Shown piece after piece: positions 18,594 to 28,446 of a stretch of 64,000 bases of DNA. How positions within the stretch are numbered: the stretch's first letter is position 1; each line of letters opens with the position of its first letter. The stretch comes from Desulfatiglandales bacterium. Lineage in GTDB: Bacteria; Desulfobacterota; DSM-4660; Desulfatiglandales; HGW-15. Location of the stretch: contig CAXXJJ010000001.1 in NCBI GenBank assembly GCA_963667015.2, positions 224,001-288,000 of the forward strand, given 5' to 3'. The notes beneath the pieces are model-generated. The model was given only the letters and a program-made list of their open reading frames with translations. It made no database searches and was not told where the DNA came from. The position numbers and the translations under genes are program-made.

Positions 18594-19823
18594 CTACTCA
18601 AACACGGAATCAAAAAAGAGCTCCATCTGCCTGCAGTAATATACTCCATACTTTTTAAATGTGGCCTTTGTAACTTCATCAGGTTTCCAGTCAAAAAATG
18701 CATGGCTCGCACCGCCAACCTGCACGTATTCCGCCCTCTGTCCAGCCTTAACAAGGGCATCTGTGTAGGCCTTTACAGCTTCGTCCTTAATAAGGAAATC
18801 ACCGGTGCCACGTGTAAGGTAATGGGGAACTGCCCTTTCCTTTACATCAGGAATATTATTTATCGGAGATATTGCCTCTTTCCATGTTTCATCTGCGGCC
18901 GGGTCATCAGAATAATGGTTTAATGAATCACTGCTGAATACGCCATAGCTTGGCGCCGCGGCCTTTATTGCACTCATCATTTCTGTCCTGACCTGTTCAA
19001 CACTTTTGTTTTTGGGAATATAGGAAGGCATGAATTCAAAAACGCCCGGAGTCTTGCCGAATCCGCCTTTGCCGATCTTATCGGCCATAACTGCTGCAGC
19101 GGCTGACAGATGACCGCCCGCACTGTCGCCTGTCACAGCGATCCTGGTCGGGTCGCCACTGTACTCAGCAGCATGTTCCATGATATGGGCGATTGCGCCA
19201 TAAACATCACCTATAATATCTGCCATCGTGTTATTTACTGCATCACCATCTCTTTTTTCCGCCCAGCGGTAATCGATGCTGCATACAACATACTTTTTAT
19301 CTCTTGTCAGTTCCCTGGCCATACCGCGCATAATGTCTTCGGTGTTTGAGGCCCACCCTCCCCCGTGGATGATAACAATAATGGGAAGATTTTTGGCGCC
19401 TTTAGGTGTAAACACATCATACTTCAAAGTCTTTACACCGGGCCTTGCATACACAACATCCTGAATAACATCAACATGATCGACTGCACTTTTTTCAATG
19501 AAGGATGCCCCGATATGCTTTTCCTGATCCACTGTTACCCTGAATGTCGTGGTCATTGATTCATGATACATCTGCCCCCACATCCCCTTTACAGAGTAAT
19601 ACCCCGAATCAAGCACATAACCTTTATCGGGAGTGGTTTTTACCGTGATAACAGTCCCTGCAGTATATTTGCCGTCAGCAGGAGGCGCAGGATCAAGGCT
19701 TATTTTTCCGTTTAAAATCTTGTCTACTGTCACAGTAAATTTATCTTCCTGCGCACTCAGGTTGCCAAAGGATAAAACCAGTAACCCGGCTAAAACAATG
19801 AATCCTGTTAATGTCTTGTTCAT
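18594..19823 (-). CDS. Secreted alpha/beta-hydrolase (esterase) with an N-terminal beta-repeat domain
   Basis: HGGGW, GDSAGG and a catalytic His (HAF); signal peptide. Confidence 0.85.
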   Translation of the reverse strand: MNKTLTGFIVLAGLLVLSFGNLSAQEDKFTVTVDKILNGKISLDPAPPADGKYTAGTVITVKTTPDKGYVLDSGYYSVKGMWGQMYHESMTTTFRVTVDQEKHIGASFIEKSAVDHVDVIQDVVYARPGVKTLKYDVFTPKGAKNLPIIVIIHGGGWASNTEDIMRGMARELTRDKKYVVCSIDYRWAEKRDGDAVNNTMADIIGDVYGAIAHIMEHAAEYSGDPTRIAVTGDSAGGHLSAAAAVMADKIGKGGFGKTPGVFEFMPSYIPKNKSVEQVRTEMMSAIKAAAPSYGVFSSDSLNHYSDDPAADETWKEAISPINNIPDVKERAVPHYLTRGTGDFLIKDEAVKAYTDALVKAGQRAEYVQVGGASHAFFDWKPDEVTKATFKKYGVYYCRQMELFFDSVFE

Positions 19824-19915
19824 GGGAGATCCTCCTCAAACTTATAATTTAGGGCATGAATTAATTAATTATCTTTTGCGTAGATACCAGTAAAGAGGTT
19901 AATAATCAACCGATA

Positions 19916-20898
19916 TCAAATAAAGATCTTTCCCCGCCTTTTTTCGAGCAGCATCATATAATCTCTTTTCATTTCATCCGGTAAAAAGCTGATGTTGATA
20001 AGTCTATCCCATACAGGTGCGGTTTCTTTAAGGTTATTTAAAATGGTTGAGATAATTTTTTCATTCAGTCCCAGCCGGTCTCTTCCGAAATAATCAATCA
20101 AAATCTCCGAATCCAGCTTGTTTTTCTTTCCTTTAATCGGCAGGGCTATCTCCTCTTTGGGGTCAGACAGTACTATTGAGGTATTCAGTAAATCATAGGC
20201 CGGTGTCAGCTCAGTTTTACCCTCCCTGGTCATGAGAGAAAAATTTTTCACATGCATATCTTCATTGCCGATTAAAAAATTTACCAGGGTCAGCCTGAAA
20301 AGTTTTATTTTTTCTATTGCCGGAAAGGTACAATATTCATCTATTACCCTTGCGATTTTTTCCATAGAAGAGTCGTATTTTGTGTCCCGGCTCAGCCCCA
20401 TAAGCTGAGAGAAGTCCTCTACTGCAATTTTCTTTTTACCTGACCTGTCAAAACGCCTGATAAAATATGTCATGGAGCCGTCTTTTGAATAAACCATGCC
20501 GTGAAGCGGTACGGGAACTCCGGCTCAGGCTAGTAGAGGACTTCTCTCAGAGGCATGCCGTGAAGCGGTACGGGAACTCCGGCAGCTCCGGCAAGCCGCA
20601 TAGACAGGTCTTCATTTTCAGGGAGGCTCCTGTATTGCGGATTTTGTGGTTTCAGAATATACCGGCCTCCGGTATCCACAAATTCAAAACCGTTTTTGCG
20701 GGTATTCAAAACAGCGCTGAGTTTGGGCTGAACGCCCTGAATTGACATTTTGGGAGCGCGGGCTGCCGCTTCTATAACCTGATCCAATGCGGTATAGGGC
20801 AGGTCATGCAGTTCTCTCAGGCTCCGCGACAGCATCTGCAGGCCTCCGGGTGAATATTTCCCTTCGCACACCTCATAGGTAATGGGGCAGATGCTCAT
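19916..20898 (-). pseudogene. hipA: HipA/HipT-like kinase split by a 59-bp insertion
   Basis: SIQGVQPK, ILKP and NEDL in the 5' part; RFDR, EDF, GNEDMHVKNFS and LTPAYD in the 3' part; 30-bp duplication at the break. Confidence 0.85.
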
Positions 20899-21206
20899 AC
20901 CCTCTCCTTAACTGTCAATGCGCCAACCAGATCATTTCCTACTGCCAGCAGCTGGCTGAAATTGTCCTGCCGGTCTATTTTCAGGGCTCTCAGGAGAGCC
21001 TCCAGGTTATATCCTTCGGGCAGAAGTCCTTCCAGAAAAGGCGGCAGGGTATCATATTCGTATGGTTCAGGCCGTACAGGCGCGGTCAGAGAAACCGGGG
21101 GGCCGTTATATTCAGGGGCATAGGTAAACCTGAAGGCCTTGTGTGGTGAGATTTCCTCCAGAATCCCGGCATGTATGTCATGCATAAAAACATCAGCTTT
21201 TCGCAT
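20895..21206 (-). CDS. HipA N-terminal domain protein (HipS-like)
   Basis: F.Y...Y...PVSLT.P...LPPFLEGLLPEG...DLVGA. Confidence 0.85.
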   Translation of the reverse strand: MRKADVFMHDIHAGILEEISPHKAFRFTYAPEYNGPPVSLTAPVRPEPYEYDTLPPFLEGLLPEGYNLEALLRALKIDRQDNFSQLLAVGNDLVGALTVKERV

Positions 21207-21453
21207 TCTCTCCCGCCTTGTACTGGTTCATTAAAGGACTGTCCAGGGATATGGATATATTCAGGGCACCCAGAATACTTAACAGGGTTTTTAACCGGAC
21301 CGTCTCCTTACAGTTTTCAATATCATAAATAACCGTTTTCCCCACTCCCGCAATATCTGCCAGATCTACCCGGGACAGCCCTGCCTGCTTCCGGTGAAAC
21401 TTAACAATAGCGCCTATTTCCTGTATTGATTCTACATTTATTTTTACCGCCAT
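21193..21453 (-). CDS. HipB-like Xre HTH regulator
   Basis: RKQAGLSRVDLADIAGVGKTVIYDIE helix-turn-helix. Confidence 0.85.
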   Translation of the reverse strand: MAVKINVESIQEIGAIVKFHRKQAGLSRVDLADIAGVGKTVIYDIENCKETVRLKTLLSILGALNISISLDSPLMNQYKAGENAKS

Positions 21454-21708
21454 AGCAGCACTTTCTTTATTAAAAGGTCCAAATCTCCAAAATATTTTAT
21501 TATAGATTAGATATTTACCGCTTTAGCAGTATTTTTGTCAAGCAATATTATATAATGCCAGCATTAGCTATATGAACACCCTATAATTACCGCTGCCGCG
21601 GCATTTTAAGTAAAATAAATCTTCTCAAATACCTGGAGATTCTTTAACGCATTTTACCGGGCGGTTATTATTCCGGCCCATAAATCACCCATGCAGCCTT
21701 CATACCTG

Positions 21709-21737
21709 TTGACATTAAAATCTCCTTTTTTCATAAT
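21709..21737 (+). promoter_or_regulatory. Sigma70 promoter facing the cassette array (candidate Pc)
   Basis: TTGACA-17 nt-CATAAT. Confidence 0.5.
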
Positions 21738-22054
21738 GCAAAGGCCTCATCAAATGAATTCACTATACGGCAGGAAGCACGGGCAGAGTTGATTCAGCAA
21801 GCCCGGAATACCGCTTGTGATGCCGGTCGTTGAAAAGAAATATAACAACTAAAATATGCCATTTGGCTGATCCGGCAATATTGCCAAAATGGCCAAATAC
21901 AAGATTAAAACCAAAGTTGTTTTGCAAATACAGTCAGTTATTAAAATTACATTTTCCCCAAATAGCAATCAGGATGGTTTTATAAGTCAAGGGGAACCGA
22001 CCCCTGTTTTGATTATTATAAAACGAGTTTTAAAATCAGGATATTTTGAAATGT

Positions 22055-22160
22055 TTCTAAATATAGAAATATTTTGTCGAGACTTTCTATATGTAGAAAC
22101 AAATGCCTATATATAGAAACTTATGAACTGGTCGCTAGACCGCTTAATAATATGTTGTGT
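22055..22160 (+). other. attI-like site at the head of the cassette array
   Basis: Crossover G|TTGTGTG at 22154 has no attC hairpin upstream; three TTCTA-N4-TAGAAA-like repeats at 22055, 22085 and 22105. Confidence 0.45.
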
Positions 22161-22180
22161 GAATAAATAGAGGTAGTAAA

Positions 22181-22843
22181 ATGGGAAAAAGTTTTGATCA
22201 AAAAGAAGTTGGCAATCTACTGGCTCAATGCCATAGGCGTTGTTGTATTTGCCACAGATTTTGTGGCATTAAGCTTGAAACTGATCATATCCTACCTAAA
22301 TCAGAAGGCGGCACAGATGACATTGAGAATGCAATACTTGTTTGTTTTGAATGTCATGCCGAGATCCATAGTTATAATGATAAACACCCTAGAGGTCGTA
22401 AGTTTCGACCAGAAGAGTTAAAAGAACATAAAAAACAATGGCTAGAAATCTGTAAAAATAAACCAGAGGCTTTCATTTCTTCGCCGTGGGAATCAGATGT
22501 AGGCCCTCTTCAGGCAATGATTGATGAGTTAGAATTCAATGAAAGGCTATCACAAAAAACTGATCCTAAGGAATTGGGGTGCTTATTTCTTGATAATCAA
22601 TTCCATAAAGCTATTAACGAAGGGGCTATATCTATATTAGTTGATGAATTAAAAAATCTAATTATTGAAGCATATGCGGCTATCGGATTGTCTAATCAAT
22701 CAATTTTAAGCGCACTTACTCAGCCACTAGGGAATTCAAGAAGTACTTTAAAAAACTCAGCTCAAGATAATATTAGATTGTCACAAGAAAAAATTAAAAA
22801 AGCAAAAGACGAACTCCTGACTTTTTTGTCCGGATCGAGGTAA
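22181..22843 (+). CDS. HNH endonuclease (cassette)
   Basis: CCIC...DHILP..GG...N..VCFECH. Confidence 0.85.
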   Translation: MGKSFDQKEVGNLLAQCHRRCCICHRFCGIKLETDHILPKSEGGTDDIENAILVCFECHAEIHSYNDKHPRGRKFRPEELKEHKKQWLEICKNKPEAFISSPWESDVGPLQAMIDELEFNERLSQKTDPKELGCLFLDNQFHKAINEGAISILVDELKNLIIEAYAAIGLSNQSILSALTQPLGNSRSTLKNSAQDNIRLSQEKIKKAKDELLTFLSGSR

Positions 22844-22850
22844 ACCTAAA

Positions 22851-22988
22851 ATTCACACAACCATGCAATTAAGAGCGACTTGCTGGTTTTTCTTGCCGAT
22901 TGGAATTCAACAGTTTCAATGGTATTCATGCTTAATCGATCATCGGCCCCATTAACCATAGGCAAGCCCCTTATTGCGGGCGTTATAA
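22851..22988 (+). other. attC site
   Basis: ATTCACACAAC is the exact reverse complement of the cassette start GTTGTGTGAAT (22154); R' GTTATAA at 22982. Confidence 0.85.
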
Positions 22989-23028
22989 TGAAAGCATATG
23001 AAACAAGATTACGATAACTTATCGTTAG

Positions 23029-25333
23029 TTGCGACACGATGTCGCATAATCATATGTGTTGACCATGAGGTTACACCATACATGGCAACACCTGGAGCGT
23101 CCCCTCCAGTCCCCTACACGGGCATGCTGCTGTTGCGCGTATGACAGAGTGTGAAGCCCCGTGGACAAAGTACCGAAACGGGTTCAAATGGTGACAGGCG
23201 AACCCATCCCGGAGCTCTACCGGGTTAAGGGCGAGGGCTGGATAATATGGTGAGATTAATCAAAGACCTTAAGCGTCGTCATAAAAGTCTAGACCTACGA
23301 GAGCTAACTTCCTGACTTCAGGATAAAGGTCGAAGATCTATCCCTCTGGGCGGATAGATGTGGTGTGGTCATGGGTTTCTAACGTGCCCATGCGGGAACA
23401 CAAGCCATCGGCGTACAGGTACCACCTAAGTTATTCATTTAAGGTGATTATGCGGAACGTGGAAAAGCCGGCAGTCCGCCATGTCACGCAATGCATGGCA
23501 AGCTAACCGTATAAGGCAAGCCCATGGAGGGTCGGCAATGAGAGGTCGGAACAAGCAAATGCCTTCCTGTAGCGGGAAGGATACTGCATGAAACATGGCA
23601 GTCCTAAAAGGTAGAAGGAGTCAAAGGAATACCGAAATGGGGGCAGACATCCGACTGGTGTTTCCTTGCGAGATAATCTGGAGAACCGTTGTAGATGAGA
23701 AAGCAAAAGACAGCTTCGGCTGGTGCACTCAAAAGCCAAGATAAGAAGTCAGACTCCGCATGCTGGAACAGCGTGGACTGGACAGCAGAGCGGAAAAAGG
23801 TTAGACGGCTGCAGATGCGTATCGCAAAGGCTACGCAGGAAGGCAGATGGAATAAGGTTAAATCATTACAATATCTGCTCACACGCTCAAGAGCTGCCAA
23901 GCTTCTGGCAGTAAAAAGAGTGACTACTAATAAGGGTAAGAAAACACCCGGCATTGACGGCATCTTATGGAAAGGCGCCAAAACCAAATGGCAGGCTGCT
24001 AACAGCCTGCACAAAAGAGGTTACAGACCTCAACCGCTTAGAAGGACGTATATTTCTAAAAAGAGAAGTAAAAAGAAACGTCCTTTAAGTATACCTACAA
24101 TGTATGACAGGGCAATGCAGGCATTGTACAAACTTGCTTTAGCTCCTATAGCAGAAACATTAGCTGACCGCAACTCATATGGATTTAGAGAGGGGCGGAG
24201 CTGTGCCGATGCAGTAGGAGCGGCATTCAATGCCTTAAACAAGCCAAACTCCGCAACGTGGGTGCTTGAAGCCGACATTGAAGGATGTTTTGACAACATA
24301 TCGCATGAGTGGATGCTGGCAAACATCCCAATGGATAAAGAAATACTGGCCAAGTGGTTGAAGGCAGGATTTGTGGAAAAAGGGATAAGATATCCAACCC
24401 GAAGAGGAACACCACAGGGAGGTATTATAAGCCCTACGTTAATGAATATGGTTCTGGACGGACTGGAAGAAGCTGTACATAAATCAGTCCCGCGTAGATC
24501 CAGAGTAAATTTTATTCGTTATGCGGATGATTTTATCATCACAGGGAAATCCAGAAGGCTTTTAGAAAAACAGGTAAAGCCGGCGGTCGTAGAATTCTTA
24601 AGAGAAAGAGGATTAAATCTCTCTGAGCAAAAGACTGCCATCACACATATCCGGGACAGTTTTATGTTTCTGGGACAAACATTCCGGAAACACGGCAAGA
24701 CATTGCACATAAGGCCTTCAAAAGAGGGCGTAGAATCATTGATACAACGCCTCGGCGGAATAATCCGCAAATACGTCAGTGCACCAATGCCTGCCATGAT
24801 AAAGGAACTGAACTCTGTACTTCGAGGTTGGGGCAACTACCATCGTCATGTAGTAGCCGGAGCATCATTTTATCGTATTGACGGTTATGTCTATGACCAG
24901 TTATGGAGAATGCTCAGAAAACGCCATCCAAGAAAGTCAAAGAAATGGCTTGTTAAGAAGTACTGGATGGTAGATGGTAAAAAATGGGTATTTTCCGCAG
25001 TAGGTAAAACTACGCTGGGGAAGAAAGTCTACAGCGTTTTACGCTTAGGCCATTTGGGCATTAAAAGGCATATTAAAATCAAGGCAGACGCTAATCCTTA
25101 CCTTAAGAAGTACGCCGGTTACTTTTGGCAACGCAGGCATGATAAGGAGAAGCGATTATTACCAGCCTTGACGGCAAAAGCCAATCGTGCGATTTTATAC
25201 GCTAATTAGTGGGAAACGTAGTCGGGGCGTTCCAGAAGATCGTCCTTGTGAAATGCTTGAGCCGTATGATGGGAAACTATCACGTACGTTTCTTAGGGGG
25301 GGAAGGGGCTGAGAAGCCCTTGCCCTACCCGGT
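23029..25333 (+). mobile_element. Group II intron 1 (IIB, CL-like IEP) inserted after CGTTAG
   Basis: 5' TTGCG; DV GAGCCGTATGATGGGAAACTATCACGTACG; DVI ending CTACCCGGT; removal restores GTTAG|CCAAAA, complementary to TTTTGGCTAAC at 25945. Confidence 0.9.
23695..25209 (+). CDS. ltrA: Group II intron reverse transcriptase/maturase, no endonuclease domain
   Basis: W..VDW..RRLQMRIAKA N-terminus, TPGIDG, GTPQGG, RYADDF, maturase LRGWGNY; no HNH. Confidence 0.95.
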   Translation: MRKQKTASAGALKSQDKKSDSACWNSVDWTAERKKVRRLQMRIAKATQEGRWNKVKSLQYLLTRSRAAKLLAVKRVTTNKGKKTPGIDGILWKGAKTKWQAANSLHKRGYRPQPLRRTYISKKRSKKKRPLSIPTMYDRAMQALYKLALAPIAETLADRNSYGFREGRSCADAVGAAFNALNKPNSATWVLEADIEGCFDNISHEWMLANIPMDKEILAKWLKAGFVEKGIRYPTRRGTPQGGIISPTLMNMVLDGLEEAVHKSVPRRSRVNFIRYADDFIITGKSRRLLEKQVKPAVVEFLRERGLNLSEQKTAITHIRDSFMFLGQTFRKHGKTLHIRPSKEGVESLIQRLGGIIRKYVSAPMPAMIKELNSVLRGWGNYHRHVVAGASFYRIDGYVYDQLWRMLRKRHPRKSKKWLVKKYWMVDGKKWVFSAVGKTTLGKKVYSVLRLGHLGIKRHIKIKADANPYLKKYAGYFWQRRHDKEKRLLPALTAKANRAILYAN

Positions 25334-25353
25334 CCAAAAGAATGGATATAAAA

Positions 25354-25893
25354 ATGAAAAAGTTAATCACATTGATCTTATTAGCGATAATCATTACTGA
25401 TTGCAATGATCAGAAAGTAATTGATGTTAAAGTCCCAGAAATAGGCACTCCTCTCATTTCAACAACTAAAGAATACTCAATGGATACACACATAACGATG
25501 GGGGAGGCTGCCAAAGATATTCCAACTGTATATCATGAGTATATAGTATCACGGCGAAAAAATGATATATTTGAGAGATTGATTGCTGTTCACGATTTTG
25601 GAGATCGAAAGACTTTATATGTTTATAATCCTCCAAAAAGTAGCAAGAGACATTTTGCCGCTGCTGCCATTGTTAAAAGCAACTCAGGTAATATACTTGC
25701 TGTGGCAAAGTTTCTTGAGGACGTCAAGCTATATGGAATTAGGATTGAAGAATTCCATTTGAATGAAAACTCTCAACCATATTACTACTGTAAAAGCTTG
25801 ATTGGATTCAGTGGTAAGAAGCAATCGGAATCAAATCAAATGGGAAAAAAGAAGACGGAGTATTTTGCCCTTTGGGGTCGCGATAAATTTTAA
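25354..25893 (+). CDS. Hypothetical exported protein/lipoprotein (cassette)
   Basis: MKKLITLILLAIIITDC leader; followed by an attC. Confidence 0.7.
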   Translation: MKKLITLILLAIIITDCNDQKVIDVKVPEIGTPLISTTKEYSMDTHITMGEAAKDIPTVYHEYIVSRRKNDIFERLIAVHDFGDRKTLYVYNPPKSSKRHFAAAAIVKSNSGNILAVAKFLEDVKLYGIRIEEFHLNENSQPYYYCKSLIGFSGKKQSESNQMGKKKTEYFALWGRDKF

Positions 25894-25948
25894 AATTGCA
25901 ACCTTGGAAAAGGAGTAATCCATGGGACAGTATAAAATATCAAATTTT

Positions 25949-26013
25949 GGCTAACAAAATGCTCTACCCGACTGGGCGATAAAACGCCGCCCAGCCGGTA
26001 AGCATCACCGTTA
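25949..26013 (+). other. attC site interrupted by intron 2
   Basis: GGCTAAC...CTGGGCG/CGCCCAG stem...CCGTTA|GTGCG. Confidence 0.9.
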
Positions 26014-27969
26014 GTGCGCCAAGCGCAGCTTGGTGCTTCTTATAGAGTGACCTGTCACACTCAAGTAGTAAGGTATGACAGGAAGTCTTTATCGGGCAAA
26101 GCCTAGCCAGCAGCCCGTACCGAGTGTTGCGTGATTGGGAAGGATAGGCAGTATTATGATGCTGAACGACTCACACGAAGCGTACACAGGGAACACTATA
26201 GGCCGCAGGGAGGACGTACCCTCCTTAAGCAATTCAGCCCCGTTAGTTGCAATAGAGCAGTTGGCGACAGCCTTAACGAGTTGGAAGCCTGAATAATTGA
26301 ATCGCAATGGCAAGATTCATGAGAGGCTGCCGGGGTCCGAGAGCGTGGCATGTAGTGAGAGAAGCATCAGGAACTTGGGAGACCCTTAACGTCTCCTCCT
26401 TTAGAGAGGTAGGGAGTTACAACCAAAAGAAGGACAACCGAAGGACTTAAGGGAGTCAGATCATCTCATAGTACTCTGAGACGGTAGGGCCGATCACAGG
26501 AGCCTGCTTGGCAGGCCGGGGAAGGGGATGACGGTATTACGCAGTCCGCAAAGGAAACATATGCAGATAAGAAAGGCTGAACAACATATGCAAACCTCAC
26601 TGCGGGGAATAGCAAAGAAAGCGAAGGAAGATCCTAAACACAAGTTCGGAAACCTCTACAGTCTCCTGAACGAGAGAAACCTAAAATGGAGCTTTCCTCA
26701 GCTAAACAGGAAAGCTGCCCCCGGAATAGATGACGTTGACTATAAAGAATTCAAATCCAATCTGGATGAGAATATCAGGAATATAGTCATGGATTTGAAG
26801 GGTAAGAGGTATAAGGCAAAGCTTGTACGTCGTCGTTATATACCCAAATCCGGGGGAAGAAGACCTCTGGGGATACCTGTTGTAGGAGACAAGACATTAC
26901 AAACGGCAGCAGCCTCGATACTATCAGCAATATATGAGGCAGATTTTATGCCGTTCAGTCATGGATACCGGAGAGGAAGAGGACCTCAGAAAGCGGCATT
27001 GAAACTAAGTGAACTGATCCACAGAGGAAAGTTCCGGTGGATAGTTGATGCTGATATCAAGGGGTTCTTTGACAATCTAAATCATGACTGGCTGATCCGC
27101 ATGTTGTCTGAGCGAATCAAAGATAAATCATTTCTTGGACTAATAAGGAAATGGTTAAAGGCAGGGATACTGGAGGAAGATGGTCAGGTGATATATCCTG
27201 TAACCGGAACTCCACAGGGCGGCACAGTATCGGCAGTTCTTGCAAATATTTATCTTCATTATGCGCTGGATATATGGTTTGAGAAAGTAGTAAAGTCACG
27301 GTGCGATGGAGATGTAATACTGATGAGATATGCTGATGATTTTGTTGTCTGTTTTCAGTATCACCGGGATGCTCGAAGATTTTATAATGAACTGGGCGGA
27401 AGGCTCGGAAAGTTTGGTCTTGAGTTATCACAGGAAAAGACAAGAATGATTGAATTTACAAGGTTTATAACCGAAGGGAGTAATGTATTTACCTTTCTGG
27501 GTTTTGAATACCGCTGGGGCGTGAGCAGGAAAGGAAAGCCTTTAGTAAAGATGCGAACGTCAAAGGGTAAATTCAAGGCAGCAATAGCCAACTTCTTATC
27601 CTGGATCAAGAAAGAGCGCAGTAAGCTTGGAACAAGGGCATTGTTCGTGAAGATGAGGCAGAAACTGCAGGGACACTTTAACTACTATGGAGTAAGTGGC
27701 AATATTGAAATGCTTATGAAATATTACCATGAAGCCTTGGAGATAATGTTTAAGTGGCTGAACCGCAGGAGCCAACGGAAAAGCTGTACGTTTAAAAGGT
27801 TCATAGGGATGGTTGAATATTTTAAAATACCCCGTCCCCGAATAATAGGATATTGGGATTAACCGATCGCTTTTGTACGAAGCGAGTAATACTGAGGAGC
27901 CTTGTGCGGGAAAACCGCACGCAGGGATCTGCGAGGGGACGGTCAGGTAACTGGCCGTTCTACCTTGAT
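26014..27969 (+). mobile_element. Group II intron 2, copy A (class E/F-like IEP), 1956 bp
   Basis: 5' GTGCG, DV GAGCCTTGTGCGGGAAAACCGCACGCAGGGATC, 3' CTACCTTGAT; removal gives GTTA|GCAG, complementary to CTGCTAAC at 28315. Confidence 0.92.
26528..27862 (+). CDS. ltrA: Group II intron RT/maturase, no endonuclease domain (true start probably 26588, MQTSLRG)
   Basis: AAPGID, RPLGIP, DADIKGFFD, GTPQGG, RYADDF, GHFNYY and WLNRRSQR. Confidence 0.95.
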   Translation: MTVLRSPQRKHMQIRKAEQHMQTSLRGIAKKAKEDPKHKFGNLYSLLNERNLKWSFPQLNRKAAPGIDDVDYKEFKSNLDENIRNIVMDLKGKRYKAKLVRRRYIPKSGGRRPLGIPVVGDKTLQTAAASILSAIYEADFMPFSHGYRRGRGPQKAALKLSELIHRGKFRWIVDADIKGFFDNLNHDWLIRMLSERIKDKSFLGLIRKWLKAGILEEDGQVIYPVTGTPQGGTVSAVLANIYLHYALDIWFEKVVKSRCDGDVILMRYADDFVVCFQYHRDARRFYNELGGRLGKFGLELSQEKTRMIEFTRFITEGSNVFTFLGFEYRWGVSRKGKPLVKMRTSKGKFKAAIANFLSWIKKERSKLGTRALFVKMRQKLQGHFNYYGVSGNIEMLMKYYHEALEIMFKWLNRRSQRKSCTFKRFIGMVEYFKIPRPRIIGYWD

Positions 27970-28021
27970 GCAGCAATGATGTGAACTGAACAGTAACTTT
28001 ATCAAAACAGGAGATGTTCTT

Positions 28022-28321
28022 ATGAAAAAAATCATGATTACACTTTCTATCTCGTTATTGATTTCATTTTTAGGCGGAATTGCACTGCTTATGTTAAATG
28101 GTTTAGGCTTTTCTGATGCTTTAGTTTCGATGTTCACTGTAGGCTTTTCTCAGATTAACGTGAAATTATCAAAGCTCGTTGTATACATTTACCAAGTATT
28201 AAATTTAATTTTCGCACTATCTTTTTATTTAATGATTTTTTGTACGTTCATATATGGAGTAGTACGTATTGCGAAATTAGCATGGAATTCAGCACAAGGA
28301 AATAAAGCAAAAAACTGCTAA
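28022..28321 (+). CDS. Hypothetical membrane protein (cassette)
   Basis: Hydrophobic ORF with an AGGAG RBS; its stop lies in the attC R'' (TGCTAAC). Confidence 0.7.
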   Translation: MKKIMITLSISLLISFLGGIALLMLNGLGFSDALVSMFTVGFSQINVKLSKLVVYIYQVLNLIFALSFYLMIFCTFIYGVVRIAKLAWNSAQGNKAKNC

Positions 28322-28446
28322 CATCTAAATAAACTCAGACAGTGCTACTCTCTTGCCAGTTCGAAGTTGAGTACACCATAGAAACATTGATATTTGCAAA
28401 CATTTATAATTGTAAACCGCCCGGCTGGTTATCGGGCGTGTTAAAA
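28316..28446 (+). other. attC site
   Basis: TGCTAAC ... GTTAAAA. Confidence 0.75.

Noticed and set aside
21454..22180. Integron integrase gene or remnant; also ORF 21889-22116
   Set aside because: No tyrosine recombinase motifs seen; the ORF is AT-rich, overlaps regulatory repeats and has no recognisable motif
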